Origin: an uncultured virus (IMG/VR IMGVR_UViG_3300020531_000001)
Lineage: Duplodnaviria > Heunggongvirae > Uroviricota > Caudoviricetes
Direction: 5' to 3' (one strand)
Length of the DNA: 64,000 nucleotides
Virus record (IMG/VR): IMGVR_UViG_3300020531_000001
Location: 1 to 64,000 of that record
This document shows positions 1 to 9,233 of this stretch, in pieces. Every line of letters begins with the position of its first letter. Position 1 is the first letter of the stretch. The notes beneath the pieces were generated by a model. That model was not told where the DNA came from. It was given only the letters and a program-made list of their open reading frames with translations, and made no database searches. Both the position numbers and the translations under genes were made by a program.

Positions 1-825
1 ACTGTAGGAAATGCATGTACTAGTAATACTGGATCAACTGTATATTATACAGGATCTTTCGAAATAGGAACTACATTATATACTGATGCTGATTTAACTG
101 CTGTTGTTTCTGATGGATATTATAGAAGTGGAAGTACAGTATATCTAGTATCTAGTGGAGTTATTCAATCTTCTTCAACTTGTCCAAATTCAATTTATTT
201 GTATTTCGGATCTACTGTAGGAACTTCGTGTACTAGTAATACTGGATCAACTGTATATTATACAGGATCTCTCGGAATAGGAACTGTATTATATACAGAT
301 GCTGATTTAACTAATGTTGTTTCTGATGGGTATTATAATTATTACGGAACGGTATTTCTAGTATCTAGTGGGGTTATTCAATCTTCTTCAACTTGTCCAA
401 ATTCGATTACTTTATTTTTTGGATCTACTGCACAAATTTCGTGTGTTAGTGGTACTGGTACGACTGTATATTATACAGGATCTCTCGGAATAGGAACTAT
501 ATTATATAGTGATATCGATTTAACCATAACCGTCCCCGATGGATATTATGAAAACGGAAGCACAGTATATCTAACAAACGGTGGAGTTATTCAATCTTCT
601 TCAACTTGTCCAAATTCGGATACTTTATTATATAATTTAGATAATTCTTGTTCTACTGGAACATCATCTATATTATATTATGCTGCTACTCTTGCTGTAG
701 GAACTTTTGTATATAGCAATTTTGATAGAACCATACCAGCAGCTGATGGTTATTATAGAGAAAATATAAATGTTGTTTATGTTGTTTTAAACGGAGTGAT
801 AACCAGCATTACAAAATGCAACTAT
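1..825 (+). repeat. Coding tandem repeat, 213-nt (71-aa) period, 3 good copies plus 1 degenerate
   Basis: actgtagga...tgtactagtaatactggatcaactgtatattatacaggatct recurs at 1 and 214; attcaatcttcttcaacttgtccaaattc recurs three times. Confidence 0.9.
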
Positions 826-1659
826 CAAACCAGCACAACATCCACAACACTACCACCAACGCAACGCTGCCCTGGCAGAGCTATAGTTATACAAATTTGC
901 AATAGCAATGCTGCAAAAGATGATAATTTTGATATTTATGTAAATGGATATTATCTAGGTGGGCTTGATTTAAATTCAAATGCTCAAGTGGGTTCTATAT
1001 TTATAGGATCTGATATTCCAAATTTAACAATAGTAAATCAAGATTTTGCCTGTCCATTAAACCAAATGGTAGAATATAGATTTAATGAAAATATATTAAA
1101 TCTAGGAAATAACAATAACCTGTATATGAAAAATACGCAGGTTAATTTTAATGGCAATTTTGGAACAGTACAAATTAGAGCTTATGATATTATTGGAACT
1201 CTTTTGTTAAATCCAACTGTTATAGCAGATTTAACATATAGTGGAAGCAATGGTTCTGATTTTCTTTTTGAAAATGTTGATATTTTTTGCCCCACCACAA
1301 CAACCACAACATCAGCTCCTACTACTACCACTACTAGCACCACAACACTTGCTCCTGTCACCACTACTACTACCACTACCACTTCACCACCAACCACTAC
1401 ATTACCGCCATGTCCTGTTCATACATCGCAACCCCCGCCATTTATCAATACTCCAAAAGGAATAGAATTAGAATCTATAATTTCTACAAATTCTCCCAGA
1501 AATATAACATTAGTTGAATCTTCAGATCCTTTAACTTCTGATATTATTTTAACAACTACCACAACTACTACCACAACTACCACAACCACGACTACAACTA
1601 CAATATATCCAACAACAATATTAAATTGTAACCCATATTGCAATAAATTGGGCTATTAA
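1..1659 (+). CDS. 5'-truncated repeat-rich, probably virion-surface protein with 71-aa Cys-flanked repeats and Thr/Pro mucin-like tracts
   Basis: Frame 1 is open from base 1, so the TTG at 199 is not the true start. Contains repeats TVYYTGS..IGT.LY.D.DLT....DGYY and poly-Thr tracts near the C-terminus. Confidence 0.75.
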   Translation, partial: TVGNACTSNTGSTVYYTGSFEIGTTLYTDADLTAVVSDGYYRSGSTVYLVSSGVIQSSSTCPNSIYLYFGSTVGTSCTSNTGSTVYYTGSLGIGTVLYTDADLTNVVSDGYYNYYGTVFLVSSGVIQSSSTCPNSITLFFGSTAQISCVSGTGTTVYYTGSLGIGTILYSDIDLTITVPDGYYENGSTVYLTNGGVIQSSSTCPNSDTLLYNLDNSCSTGTSSILYYAATLAVGTFVYSNFDRTIPAADGYYRENINVVYVVLNGVITSITKCNYQTSTTSTTLPPTQRCPGRAIVIQICNSNAAKDDNFDIYVNGYYLGGLDLNSNAQVGSIFIGSDIPNLTIVNQDFACPLNQMVEYRFNENILNLGNNNNLYMKNTQVNFNGNFGTVQIRAYDIIGTLLLNPTVIADLTYSGSNGSDFLFENVDIFCPTTTTTTSAPTTTTTSTTTLAPVTTTTTTTTSPPTTTLPPCPVHTSQPPPFINTPKGIELESIISTNSPRNITLVESSDPLTSDIILTTTTTTTTTTTTTTTTTIYPTTILNCNPYCNKLGY

Positions 1660-1672
1660 TAAATATGTCAAT

Positions 1673-2602
1673 ATGAGAAAATTGACCATTGGAATGGCGA
1701 CTTATGATGATTATGATGGTGTTTATTTTACAATTCAATCAATTAGAATGTATCATAAAGAAGTTTTAAATGATATTGAATTTGTAATAATCGATAATAA
1801 TCCATCTGGAAATCATGCAAAACCAATCAGAGAATTGACTGATTGGATAAAAGAACCAGTTCAATACTTTCCATTTACTAAATTTAAATCAACCACTGTA
1901 AAAAATAAAGTATTTGAAATAGCTGACACACCATATGTGATGTGTATTGATAGTCATGTATTATTAGAACCAGGAAGTTTAAAAAAATTAATAGATTTTT
2001 ATGATTCTGGTCTTGATAATGGCAATTTATTACAAGGTCCGCTTATATACGATGACTTATCAAACATCTCAACACACTTTGATTTAAAATGGAGCGGTCA
2101 CATGTGGGGTACATGGGCTACTGATGATAAAGGAAAAGACATAGATTCGCCACCATTTGAAATTCCAGCACAAGGAATGGGTTTGTTTTCATGCAGAAAA
2201 AATTCTTGGTTGGGATTTAATAAAGAATTTCGTGGATTTGGCGGAGAAGAAGGATACATTCATGAAAAATACAGAAAAAACGGTAAACAAACGTTATGTT
2301 TACCGTTTTTGAAATGGCTCCATAGATTTGGTAGACCATCAGGAGTTCCTTATGTTAATGATCTAAAAGATCGTTTTAGAAATTACATGATTGGATTTAT
2401 TGAACTTGATTTAGATACAACAGAACTTAAAAATCATTTTAGTCAAGCTTTATCTAAACAAGATATTGAAGCTATAGAGCAAGAAAGCATTCTTTTAAAT
2501 AAAGAATTGGATAAAATTATAAATCCAACCAAAACTATAAAATGCATTGATGTTTGCTGTCAAGACAAAACACCCAATTCAATTTCTGTGTTAACATCAT
2601 GA
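1673..2602 (+). CDS. GT-A fold glycosyltransferase with DxH motif (ppGalNAc-T/GT27- or GT60-like)
   Basis: GT2-like N-terminus (LTIGMATY, FVIIDN), CIDSH, GMGLFS, GFGGEE, HRF. Confidence 0.75.
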   Translation: MRKLTIGMATYDDYDGVYFTIQSIRMYHKEVLNDIEFVIIDNNPSGNHAKPIRELTDWIKEPVQYFPFTKFKSTTVKNKVFEIADTPYVMCIDSHVLLEPGSLKKLIDFYDSGLDNGNLLQGPLIYDDLSNISTHFDLKWSGHMWGTWATDDKGKDIDSPPFEIPAQGMGLFSCRKNSWLGFNKEFRGFGGEEGYIHEKYRKNGKQTLCLPFLKWLHRFGRPSGVPYVNDLKDRFRNYMIGFIELDLDTTELKNHFSQALSKQDIEAIEQESILLNKELDKIINPTKTIKCIDVCCQDKTPNSISVLTS

Positions 2603-2799
2603 AGCATTGCTGGATAGCGTTCTTCGATATAATGTTCAATAGCCACTGGTTTTAAAAAATTATCAACATCCAGCTTTAATTCTTCGGCTTTTCCTTGAAT
2701 AAACTCAAGGGCTTCGATTAAACACGCCCATCTAGCGAAAGAAACGCTGCTCATTTGTTCAACTGTACCATTTGCTCGTTCGATTATTACTTTGTTCAT
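2560..2799 (-). CDS. hypothetical protein
   Basis: 79-aa ORF with ATG start, collinear with neighbouring minus-strand genes. Confidence 0.6.
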   Translation of the reverse strand: MNKVIIERANGTVEQMSSVSFARWACLIEALEFIQGKAEELKLDVDNFLKPVAIEHYIEERYPAMLHDVNTEIELGVLS

Positions 2800-2808
2800 G
2801 CCAGAATA

Positions 2809-3285
2809 TTATTCTAGTTTTTTATTAATCAAATTTTCAAAAATTGTATTATTATCAGCTGGTTGAGCAACCAATATACTGTCATAACTTATAAAAATCT
2901 TATATTTTTCTTTACAATTTTTACATTCTGTTAAGTTTTCAGAATTTGGAAGAAGGATTCCTTGAAATAAATCACCACCACAATTACAAGGTATGTTTAC
3001 AAACTGTTCATCTAATAATCTTTCATACTCTTGAATAACTTCATCTTTTTCATTTATCAATTCTAACAATTCCTCTGAATTTACATCATTGTTGTTGGAA
3101 TTTTTGGTATTTTTAGTGAGATTTATTATAAAATGGATACCCGTTAGTAAAAAAATCAAAGAAATTAAAATAAAAAAAGAACTTTGGAATGGAATAGATA
3201 AAAAACTCAACCCATATGAAAATGCAGTTGTGAATATCAGACCAATACCAAAGACGAAAGAATGAAATTTAATATTACTTGTCAT
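2809..3285 (-). CDS. membrane protein with two N-terminal TM segments and a CxC..CxxC zinc ribbon
   Basis: Hydrophobic N-terminus, PCNCG and ECKNCK; start taken at ATG 3285. Confidence 0.6.
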   Translation of the reverse strand: MTSNIKFHSFVFGIGLIFTTAFSYGLSFLSIPFQSSFFILISLIFLLTGIHFIINLTKNTKNSNNNDVNSEELLELINEKDEVIQEYERLLDEQFVNIPCNCGGDLFQGILLPNSENLTECKNCKEKYKIFISYDSILVAQPADNNTIFENLINKKLE

Positions 3286-3637
3286 CAACATCCATTTTAC
3301 CACCTATAGTGTGCTTGTCAAGGATATTATCAACGTTTTTAAAAAGATACATCACCAATTTGTCCATATTATTTTTTAAATTAGCCAATTCTTTTTTATC
3401 CTTGATATTATTAGATTCTAACAATGGTTCTATAATTTTTGATGCTTTTATAGCATTTTCTACTATCGTTGCGAAACAAATTGGCAATTCTCTCAACTCA
3501 TAAGGTAATAAATCTGGTGATTTATGTGTTTCTTTCTCTTCTTTTTTACGTTCTTTGAAATTTCTACTATCATTAAAATCAAAATTGATATTTGCCGATA
3601 AAAAACCAGTAGCGTATGGAGAATCTTTGCTTCGCAT
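3275..3637 (-). CDS. hypothetical late protein
   Basis: ATG at 3637 lies 5 nt after a minus-strand TAAATA box. Confidence 0.6.
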   Translation of the reverse strand: MRSKDSPYATGFLSANINFDFNDSRNFKERKKEEKETHKSPDLLPYELRELPICFATIVENAIKASKIIEPLLESNNIKDKKELANLKNNMDKLVMYLFKNVDNILDKHTIGGKMDVDDK

Positions 3638-3642
3638 ATTAT

Positions 3643-3666
3643 TATTTATCAAATAAATACTAAATA
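3643..3666. promoter_or_regulatory. Back-to-back divergent T4-type late promoters (TAAATA)
   Basis: TATTTA at 3643-3648 (minus) and TAAATA at 3654-3659 and 3661-3666 (plus), each 5-6 nt from an ATG. Confidence 0.65.
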
Positions 3667-4103
3667 TGAATATGAGCAATTTATACGCTAAGAGATTCAA
3701 AATGATGTTAGAAGCTGATGAAGACATTTCATTAGAAAGAGACGCTATGGAAGCTTCATTGGATGATAATACAGACCCAGCTCAATTCGATGCTAATATT
3801 GATGATATGGTGCAAGCGCAAACTGACATAGATGATGGCATTTCAAAAAGAAATGAGCAAATAGTAACTGAATTGCAAGGTTGGATTGATAATATTGATT
3901 CATTTTTGAAAATTCTTAATAGTGGAGATGGTGCAAGTATGCAATCCAGACTTGCAAATGCTGAACCCGACACTATTTTTGATAAAATGAAGCAGTCCCA
4001 ACAAACTAAAATATCCAGAGTTGCATCAGACTTAGCTTCTCTTCATCAGGCATTCCTTGGATTTATGGCACAGACCAAAAATCCAAAATATAAATATGTT
4101 TAA
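3666..4103 (+). CDS. hypothetical acidic late protein (possible internal head protein)
   Basis: Late box upstream; N-terminus ...RFKMMLEAD. Confidence 0.65.
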   Translation: MNMSNLYAKRFKMMLEADEDISLERDAMEASLDDNTDPAQFDANIDDMVQAQTDIDDGISKRNEQIVTELQGWIDNIDSFLKILNSGDGASMQSRLANAEPDTIFDKMKQSQQTKISRVASDLASLHQAFLGFMAQTKNPKYKYV

Positions 4104-5200
4104 ATTTTATTAAACAATAATTTAAATTTTAAAATAGCCGATGGTCCACATTGGCTATTTTTTTTGATAAAGTCTATAGGAACTTGATCTATTTTCTTAT
4201 CAATACACAATTCATTGAAATCTTTAAACTGTTTATACTTCTCAGGCCAAATAAACACACATTCATCTTGTTCTAATAACACTATACTCTTTTTTCTTGC
4301 GGTTTCATCAATCCATTGATTGTCCAACACCCAAATCTTATTAAAGAACTTAAGTTCTTCCAATTGTTCCAACTGAATCGTTGTAAACTTGTGATACCCC
4401 TCGTTGATACCCGCTACAGCTACTCCATTACGCACAAAACAGGCATCCAGCGGTCCTTCGAATATAAATACATCATCTAGTGAAGGATCTACCCTTTCTA
4501 TCCCAAAAATTGATTTATCGGAGTTAATTTTTGATAAATAATTTGGTTTTTCATCCCATTTAACAAGTTTTCTGGTCTGATAATGAATAAATTTACCAGA
4601 AGTATCTAAAAATGGTATAACTAATCTATTTTTATGATTAAAATCATTTAAAGATATATAAAATGCGCCTGGTTTATTGATTGCGGTGTCTAATCTACGA
4701 GATTTTAAATAATCTAAAGCAGTTTGAACTATATTATTATCTTTATAATACTCTAATTGAATAGAATCGAATAAATTAATGCAATCATCTGGTAAAGATG
4801 GGCTTTTTTTAACTTTAACAGAGTCATTTATTGACATCACATCCAATAAATCATAAGAATCATCTGATATTTCACGACAAATTTCATCATAATTCATCCC
4901 AGAAACACGCATAATCCATTTTAAAGGATTACTACTCCATCCACAGTTATGGCAATATATTAAATTATTTTCTGGTATATAAAAACAACGTTTCTTTTTT
5001 CCAAAACTTTTACCTTCTTTGCATATTGGGCAAGAACACTGATATGTATCATTGAATCTATTATGTTTTGGATAAAATCCCAACTCAAAAAACTTAGCTA
5101 TTACATAATCAGTAGGTAATTCTTCAATTTTTTTCGTTTTCTTCGTGTTGAGCCCTCGCAATATTGCGGACAAATTTTGGGAGTCTTTCAACATACTCAA
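4100..5200 (-). CDS. gp61: DNA primase (T4 gp61-like)
   Basis: Zn finger CPIC...CHNCG, TOPRIM motifs FEGPLD and WVLDN, FKDFNE; start uncertain. Confidence 0.9.
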   Translation of the reverse strand: MSMLKDSQNLSAILRGLNTKKTKKIEELPTDYVIAKFFELGFYPKHNRFNDTYQCSCPICKEGKSFGKKKRCFYIPENNLIYCHNCGWSSNPLKWIMRVSGMNYDEICREISDDSYDLLDVMSINDSVKVKKSPSLPDDCINLFDSIQLEYYKDNNIVQTALDYLKSRRLDTAINKPGAFYISLNDFNHKNRLVIPFLDTSGKFIHYQTRKLVKWDEKPNYLSKINSDKSIFGIERVDPSLDDVFIFEGPLDACFVRNGVAVAGINEGYHKFTTIQLEQLEELKFFNKIWVLDNQWIDETARKKSIVLLEQDECVFIWPEKYKQFKDFNELCIDKKIDQVPIDFIKKNSQCGPSAILKFKLLFNKI

Positions 5201-5396
5201 TTATACCTTCGTTTAAAGCAAAGTCAAACTTATCTAATGGTACTTTTCTATTTTCCATCAGCGGAGATGCTAAAAAATCATAATCATCTTCATTTTTTGA
5301 TATCAAAATAAACATTTGACCAGCATAATCACCAGTTTGGACTGCGTATACATCTCCAAATCTTGGACCTTTTTTAAAAAAGTTAAACATAATCAA
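5124..5396 (-). CDS. hypothetical protein
   Basis: ORF overlapping neighbours in operon fashion. Confidence 0.55.
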   Translation of the reverse strand: MIMFNFFKKGPRFGDVYAVQTGDYAGQMFILISKNEDDYDFLASPLMENRKVPLDKFDFALNEGIIEYVERLPKFVRNIARAQHEENEKN

Positions 5397-5686
5397 CCAT
5401 CCATTATTTTTCTGTTCATAAAATCTCCAAATTCTTCTATGAATGCATTGTCCAAAGCTGATTTATCCAGCTTTGTTTTGCTCATAGTGAGCCTAACTGG
5501 ATTTCCATCTATATCATAACCTATCAACTTAAAACAAGTTAAAAATTCACTCAGCGATGCTGTAATGGCTTGATTTAATATTACTTTAGATGGTTTTTTT
5601 CTATCATCTTTTAATTTTATTTTTAATGAATCTATTAAAAGTTTTTTAATTTCATCATCTGAATAATTGTCATCCCCATTATCCAT
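5393..5686 (-). CDS. hypothetical protein
   Basis: ATG 5686 preceded by a TAAATA box with a 5-nt spacer. Confidence 0.6.
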   Translation of the reverse strand: MDNGDDNYSDDEIKKLLIDSLKIKLKDDRKKPSKVILNQAITASLSEFLTCFKLIGYDIDGNPVRLTMSKTKLDKSALDNAFIEEFGDFMNRKIMDG

Positions 5687-5710
5687 ATAATTATTTAATC
5701 TCACACAATA

Positions 5711-6058
5711 TTAAATTGAAGATTCTTCTTTTTTAAAATATGTGTGATTATCGTACTTCTGAGGAACCATTTTTTCCAACAGTGTAGTGATTATAATTTC
5801 CATTGAACTGGTTTTTAAATTATAATTCTTTGGAAAGAACGATCCACCATCGTTTATTTCAAACATGAGGTCTCCTTTAAATTCTTTATTTTGATAACAT
5901 GTTATCATGACGCTTCTTCCGCCAGGATCTATCATAACACTCCATTTTCTAGGATCTTGCTGTCCATAATCTTTAAATAATTTAATTGCAATGAATCCCG
6001 AATCGCGGAGTCTTTTTAAGAAATAACTAAAGGTTGATATTTTATTTTTATTATTCAT
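5711..6058 (-). CDS. hypothetical protein
   Basis: ORF overlapping the gp45 stop by 4 nt. Confidence 0.6.
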   Translation of the reverse strand: MNNKNKISTFSYFLKRLRDSGFIAIKLFKDYGQQDPRKWSVMIDPGGRSVMITCYQNKEFKGDLMFEINDGGSFFPKNYNLKTSSMEIIITTLLEKMVPQKYDNHTYFKKEESSI

Positions 6059-6777
6059 TTTACTAAACTTGATATAATATAATTTAGATAAACTTTTTCA
6101 AAATTCAAGTTTATATTAGCAACTCCAAACTTTGTATTGATTTTAAAATTAAAATCATTATCTTCTATGAAAGTTAAAAGACGTAAATTATCTAAATTTA
6201 TAATAAAATCAGATAATTCAAAATCTACATTTCCAGATGTTATACATATGACATCACTATTTGATGATGTTTTGTCTTGCAAACTCCAATATAATTGACC
6301 ATCATTTGTATATATGTATAGTTTATTAGAATCTGAAAATGCAGAATTTGTCTTTAACAAATTCTTTATAAAATTTTTAGAAACATTAAATTCTATATCA
6401 TAAGATATGCTTTTAATTTTCTCCAAACTCATTTTTGTTTTTGCAATGAGTCCATCTTCATATAGATGATATTTAAATTTTATCTTATTGCCTCTGTATT
6501 CTAAATTATTATTGTTTAAAATTAAAGTGATATCATCCGAACCATCGCACATTTTTAAAGCGCTTGATAGTTTAGAAACTGATGGGATGTTTAATACTTT
6601 TTCCTCTTCAAAATCGATTTCTGTTCTTCCCCACAATATTAAAGATGCATCTTCACTGTTTGATATAAAATAAATTTCGCCATCCTTAATATTAAGAATG
6701 GCGGTATCATTTATTTTAGATAATGATTCTAATAAAAAGAGAAAGTTACTTTTATTAAGAGTTATCTTCTGATTCAT
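6055..6777 (-). CDS. gp45: sliding clamp (gp45-like)
   Basis: 240 aa, LSKINDTA N-terminus, clamp-like two-domain pattern, replication-operon context. Confidence 0.7.
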   Translation of the reverse strand: MNQKITLNKSNFLFLLESLSKINDTAILNIKDGEIYFISNSEDASLILWGRTEIDFEEEKVLNIPSVSKLSSALKMCDGSDDITLILNNNNLEYRGNKIKFKYHLYEDGLIAKTKMSLEKIKSISYDIEFNVSKNFIKNLLKTNSAFSDSNKLYIYTNDGQLYWSLQDKTSSNSDVICITSGNVDFELSDFIINLDNLRLLTFIEDNDFNFKINTKFGVANINLNFEKVYLNYIISSLVK

Positions 6778-7198
6778 GTTGTATTAATGTGAGTAATTTA
6801 TCAATTTTTTTATTTAAATCTTCTAATATTTTATTCTGTTTTCTTAACAATTCATTCGTCACTTCTTGTTCAGATTTATTGAACTTTAATTCTAATTGAT
6901 TCTCATCAACTGTAGATTGTGGTTGAATTTGAACTGGTTGTGGTGTTTGAGGCATCACAGGTTGATATGTTTGAGCAATTTCAATAGACTGAGGTGATAT
7001 TACTGGCGGTTGACGCACTTGAGAGGATCTAAAATCTCTCTCAAGTGCAGTTTTAATACCGCTAGATATCCCGCCATCCCTCATGCCATCAACTTTCGGT
7101 TGCTGATCATTGAAATACATTGAGTCTATATCCTTACCCAATGCAAACATTGGACCAGCAAATTCAATCAATGCTTGTTTTTCTTCGGGAGTCAACAT
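6755..7198 (-). CDS. hypothetical protein, Gln/Pro-rich linker and coiled coil
   Basis: ORF between gp32 and gp45. Confidence 0.6.
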   Translation of the reverse strand: MLTPEEKQALIEFAGPMFALGKDIDSMYFNDQQPKVDGMRDGGISSGIKTALERDFRSSQVRQPPVISPQSIEIAQTYQPVMPQTPQPVQIQPQSTVDENQLELKFNKSEQEVTNELLRKQNKILEDLNKKIDKLLTLIQHESEDNS

Positions 7199-7200
7199 AT

Positions 7201-8112
7201 TCAGCTATCGAGTTGATCTAACAATGCATCGATTTCATCATCGACATCTTCGATTTGTGGTTTGGCTTTTTTAACTTCTTTCTTTGCAGGGAAATCAAAA
7301 GGGATTTCATCTTCTTCATCTTCTTGATCATATTTCGATGCTGTAGATTTAGCTACAACTGATGATGGTTTTGATTTTTCAACATCTGAAGATTTCCCAA
7401 AGAAATGAGTGTTTAAAATTTCTTCAAGCTCGTCAAATGTTTTAACTGGATAAATCTGTTCAAGATCGTGAACCTTTGAATAGATATCTTCAATTTCTTC
7501 ATCATCAAGATTTAGAACTGGCTTGTTATAAAAGCCAGAAGATTCAAATGTGGTATAATCACCACGACCTTCTGCTTTGATCTTCAAATTAGCACCTTCT
7601 GGACCAAGATCAAAGATACGAGCGCCAAACTCATCAGCACCATCGCCAGTAAGAGCGTCATCAATAATCTTCTTAATTTGTGGTCCAATCTTCAGAACTT
7701 TAACAGTCCCATTGTTTTCTGGATTTGATGGATCATCAATAACATAAATATTAACAAACCAATTTTCCTTACGACGAATGATTTTACCAAGTTCTTTTTC
7801 TGATTGATCTTCAGATTTAATAAGTTTCCAAAACGTTTCGGTAATTGGATCACGATCATTAAATGTTTGAAGAGATAGTGTTGAAATATAACTACCAGTC
7901 ACCTTGCTTTTCCAACCATGAGTATAGTGGTGGAAAAATGTCTTCTCTGGATCATCCAAATTTGGAATAAGACGAACGGTATATGTCTTCCCAGCAGGAA
8001 ACTTCATTACGTTCGCAAATGCACTGCTTCCAGATGATTCATTTGTTTTATTAAGAGCATCTTTGATTTTTTCAAACATGCTTGCATTGAATTTAGTTTT
8101 TGTCGTTTTCAT
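7201..8112 (-). CDS. gp32: single-stranded DNA-binding protein (gp32-like)
   Basis: VRLIP, NIYVIDDPSNPENNGTVKV, IFDLG.EGANLKIK, acidic tail. Confidence 0.9.
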   Translation of the reverse strand: MKTTKTKFNASMFEKIKDALNKTNESSGSSAFANVMKFPAGKTYTVRLIPNLDDPEKTFFHHYTHGWKSKVTGSYISTLSLQTFNDRDPITETFWKLIKSEDQSEKELGKIIRRKENWFVNIYVIDDPSNPENNGTVKVLKIGPQIKKIIDDALTGDGADEFGARIFDLGPEGANLKIKAEGRGDYTTFESSGFYNKPVLNLDDEEIEDIYSKVHDLEQIYPVKTFDELEEILNTHFFGKSSDVEKSKPSSVVAKSTASKYDQEDEEDEIPFDFPAKKEVKKAKPQIEDVDDEIDALLDQLDS

Positions 8113-8118
8113 AGATAA

Positions 8119-8313
8119 TTATTGTTTAATTTTTTTAATGATTTTAATTGTTAATGTTATTATTATTAATGCTAATATTGATATACCGATCAAAGTTAGG
8201 ATTAAGAATAATATCGGTGACATCACCCACATCCAACTTATATTAAGGATACCAACTAATTTTAGAAAAGCAAGTGCGAATGTCAAATATATAGAAACTT
8301 TAAATATTGTCAT
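8119..8313 (-). CDS. small membrane protein
   Basis: LKLVGILNISWMWVMSP hydrophobic pattern. Confidence 0.6.
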   Translation of the reverse strand: MTIFKVSIYLTFALAFLKLVGILNISWMWVMSPILFLILTLIGISILALIIITLTIKIIKKIKQ

Positions 8314-8953
8314 GTTTGTTTAATGTTTGTTTTATTTTTTCTATTGCTTGTTTTCCAAAAACTTTCATTTTCTTAGAAGACTGATATTTATTTCTTGTAA
8401 CTTGGAAGGTTTTCCAAAAATCTCCAAAAGCAAAATTCAGTATGTCTGAATCTACATCAATATTTGAAAATGTCAAGGCGTGTAAAGTGTAATAATTTAT
8501 TTTGTGAGATTTCAAATGATCTATGAAAGATGGTAAGGTTCCTGTAGAATATGTTTTATATTTTTCCAAAGAAATATCACAGTCTTTACAGAACTTCAAT
8601 ATAAATTTTAAAGAATTTGAAAATCTCACCAATGATTCTGAAGAATCTGGATCTTCAGAATTCAAAATTTTCATATAATTAGTATAACAAGTGATCGCCT
8701 TTAATGTAGTATAGTATTCCAAAGGAAAATAAGTTTCATCTGGATATATTTTATAAGGAGCAATAAAGAAATAATCAACAACCACAGTTTTATTAGAATT
8801 TAAAAATTTTTCTATTTTTTGTAAAACTATAAGTTTACTCTCTTCTAAATTATCAAAGTTTTGTTTTTGTTTAAATGGTAAATTTTTTACTTTTCTAGAT
8901 ATAGCCAAGTGGCAATTATAAATGCGCTTTTGATTATCGTTTAGTTTTAGCAT
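8300..8953 (-). CDS. probable helicase loader (gp59-like)
   Basis: 217 aa, basic, just upstream of gp32 as in T4; sequence similarity not verified. Confidence 0.45.
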   Translation of the reverse strand: MLKLNDNQKRIYNCHLAISRKVKNLPFKQKQNFDNLEESKLIVLQKIEKFLNSNKTVVVDYFFIAPYKIYPDETYFPLEYYTTLKAITCYTNYMKILNSEDPDSSESLVRFSNSLKFILKFCKDCDISLEKYKTYSTGTLPSFIDHLKSHKINYYTLHALTFSNIDVDSDILNFAFGDFWKTFQVTRNKYQSSKKMKVFGKQAIEKIKQTLNKHDNI

Positions 8954-9233
8954 TTTTTTTATTTTTATTACAACTGTTTAGATATTTTGTAACATACTTG
9001 CTCTTTACAAGACTTGGATCGAATTCCAAAAACAGTTTAACAACTTCATAGTCAGTGTCAATAGATAAAATGTCTTTAAGTAAATTTTTCATTTTTTCAT
9101 TTTGTAATGTGAAAACGAAGACGTTCTGAACTGACATTTTCTTACCTTGAATATTCATAATGAACGTGCAGTAACACATAAACAAATGCATTTGTTCATT
9201 TTCAATGAGTGTGGTGTACGGGGGAGCTATCAT
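8934..9233 (-). CDS. hypothetical protein
   Basis: 99-aa ORF overlapping both neighbours. Confidence 0.55.
   Translation of the reverse strand: MIAPPYTTLIENEQMHLFMCYCTFIMNIQGKKMSVQNVFVFTLQNEKMKNLLKDILSIDTDYEVVKLFLEFDPSLVKSKYVTKYLNSCNKNKKNAKTKR

Noticed and set aside
1182..1643. Minus-strand poly-Val ORFs
   Set aside because: Antisense shadows of the poly-Thr (ACN) codons
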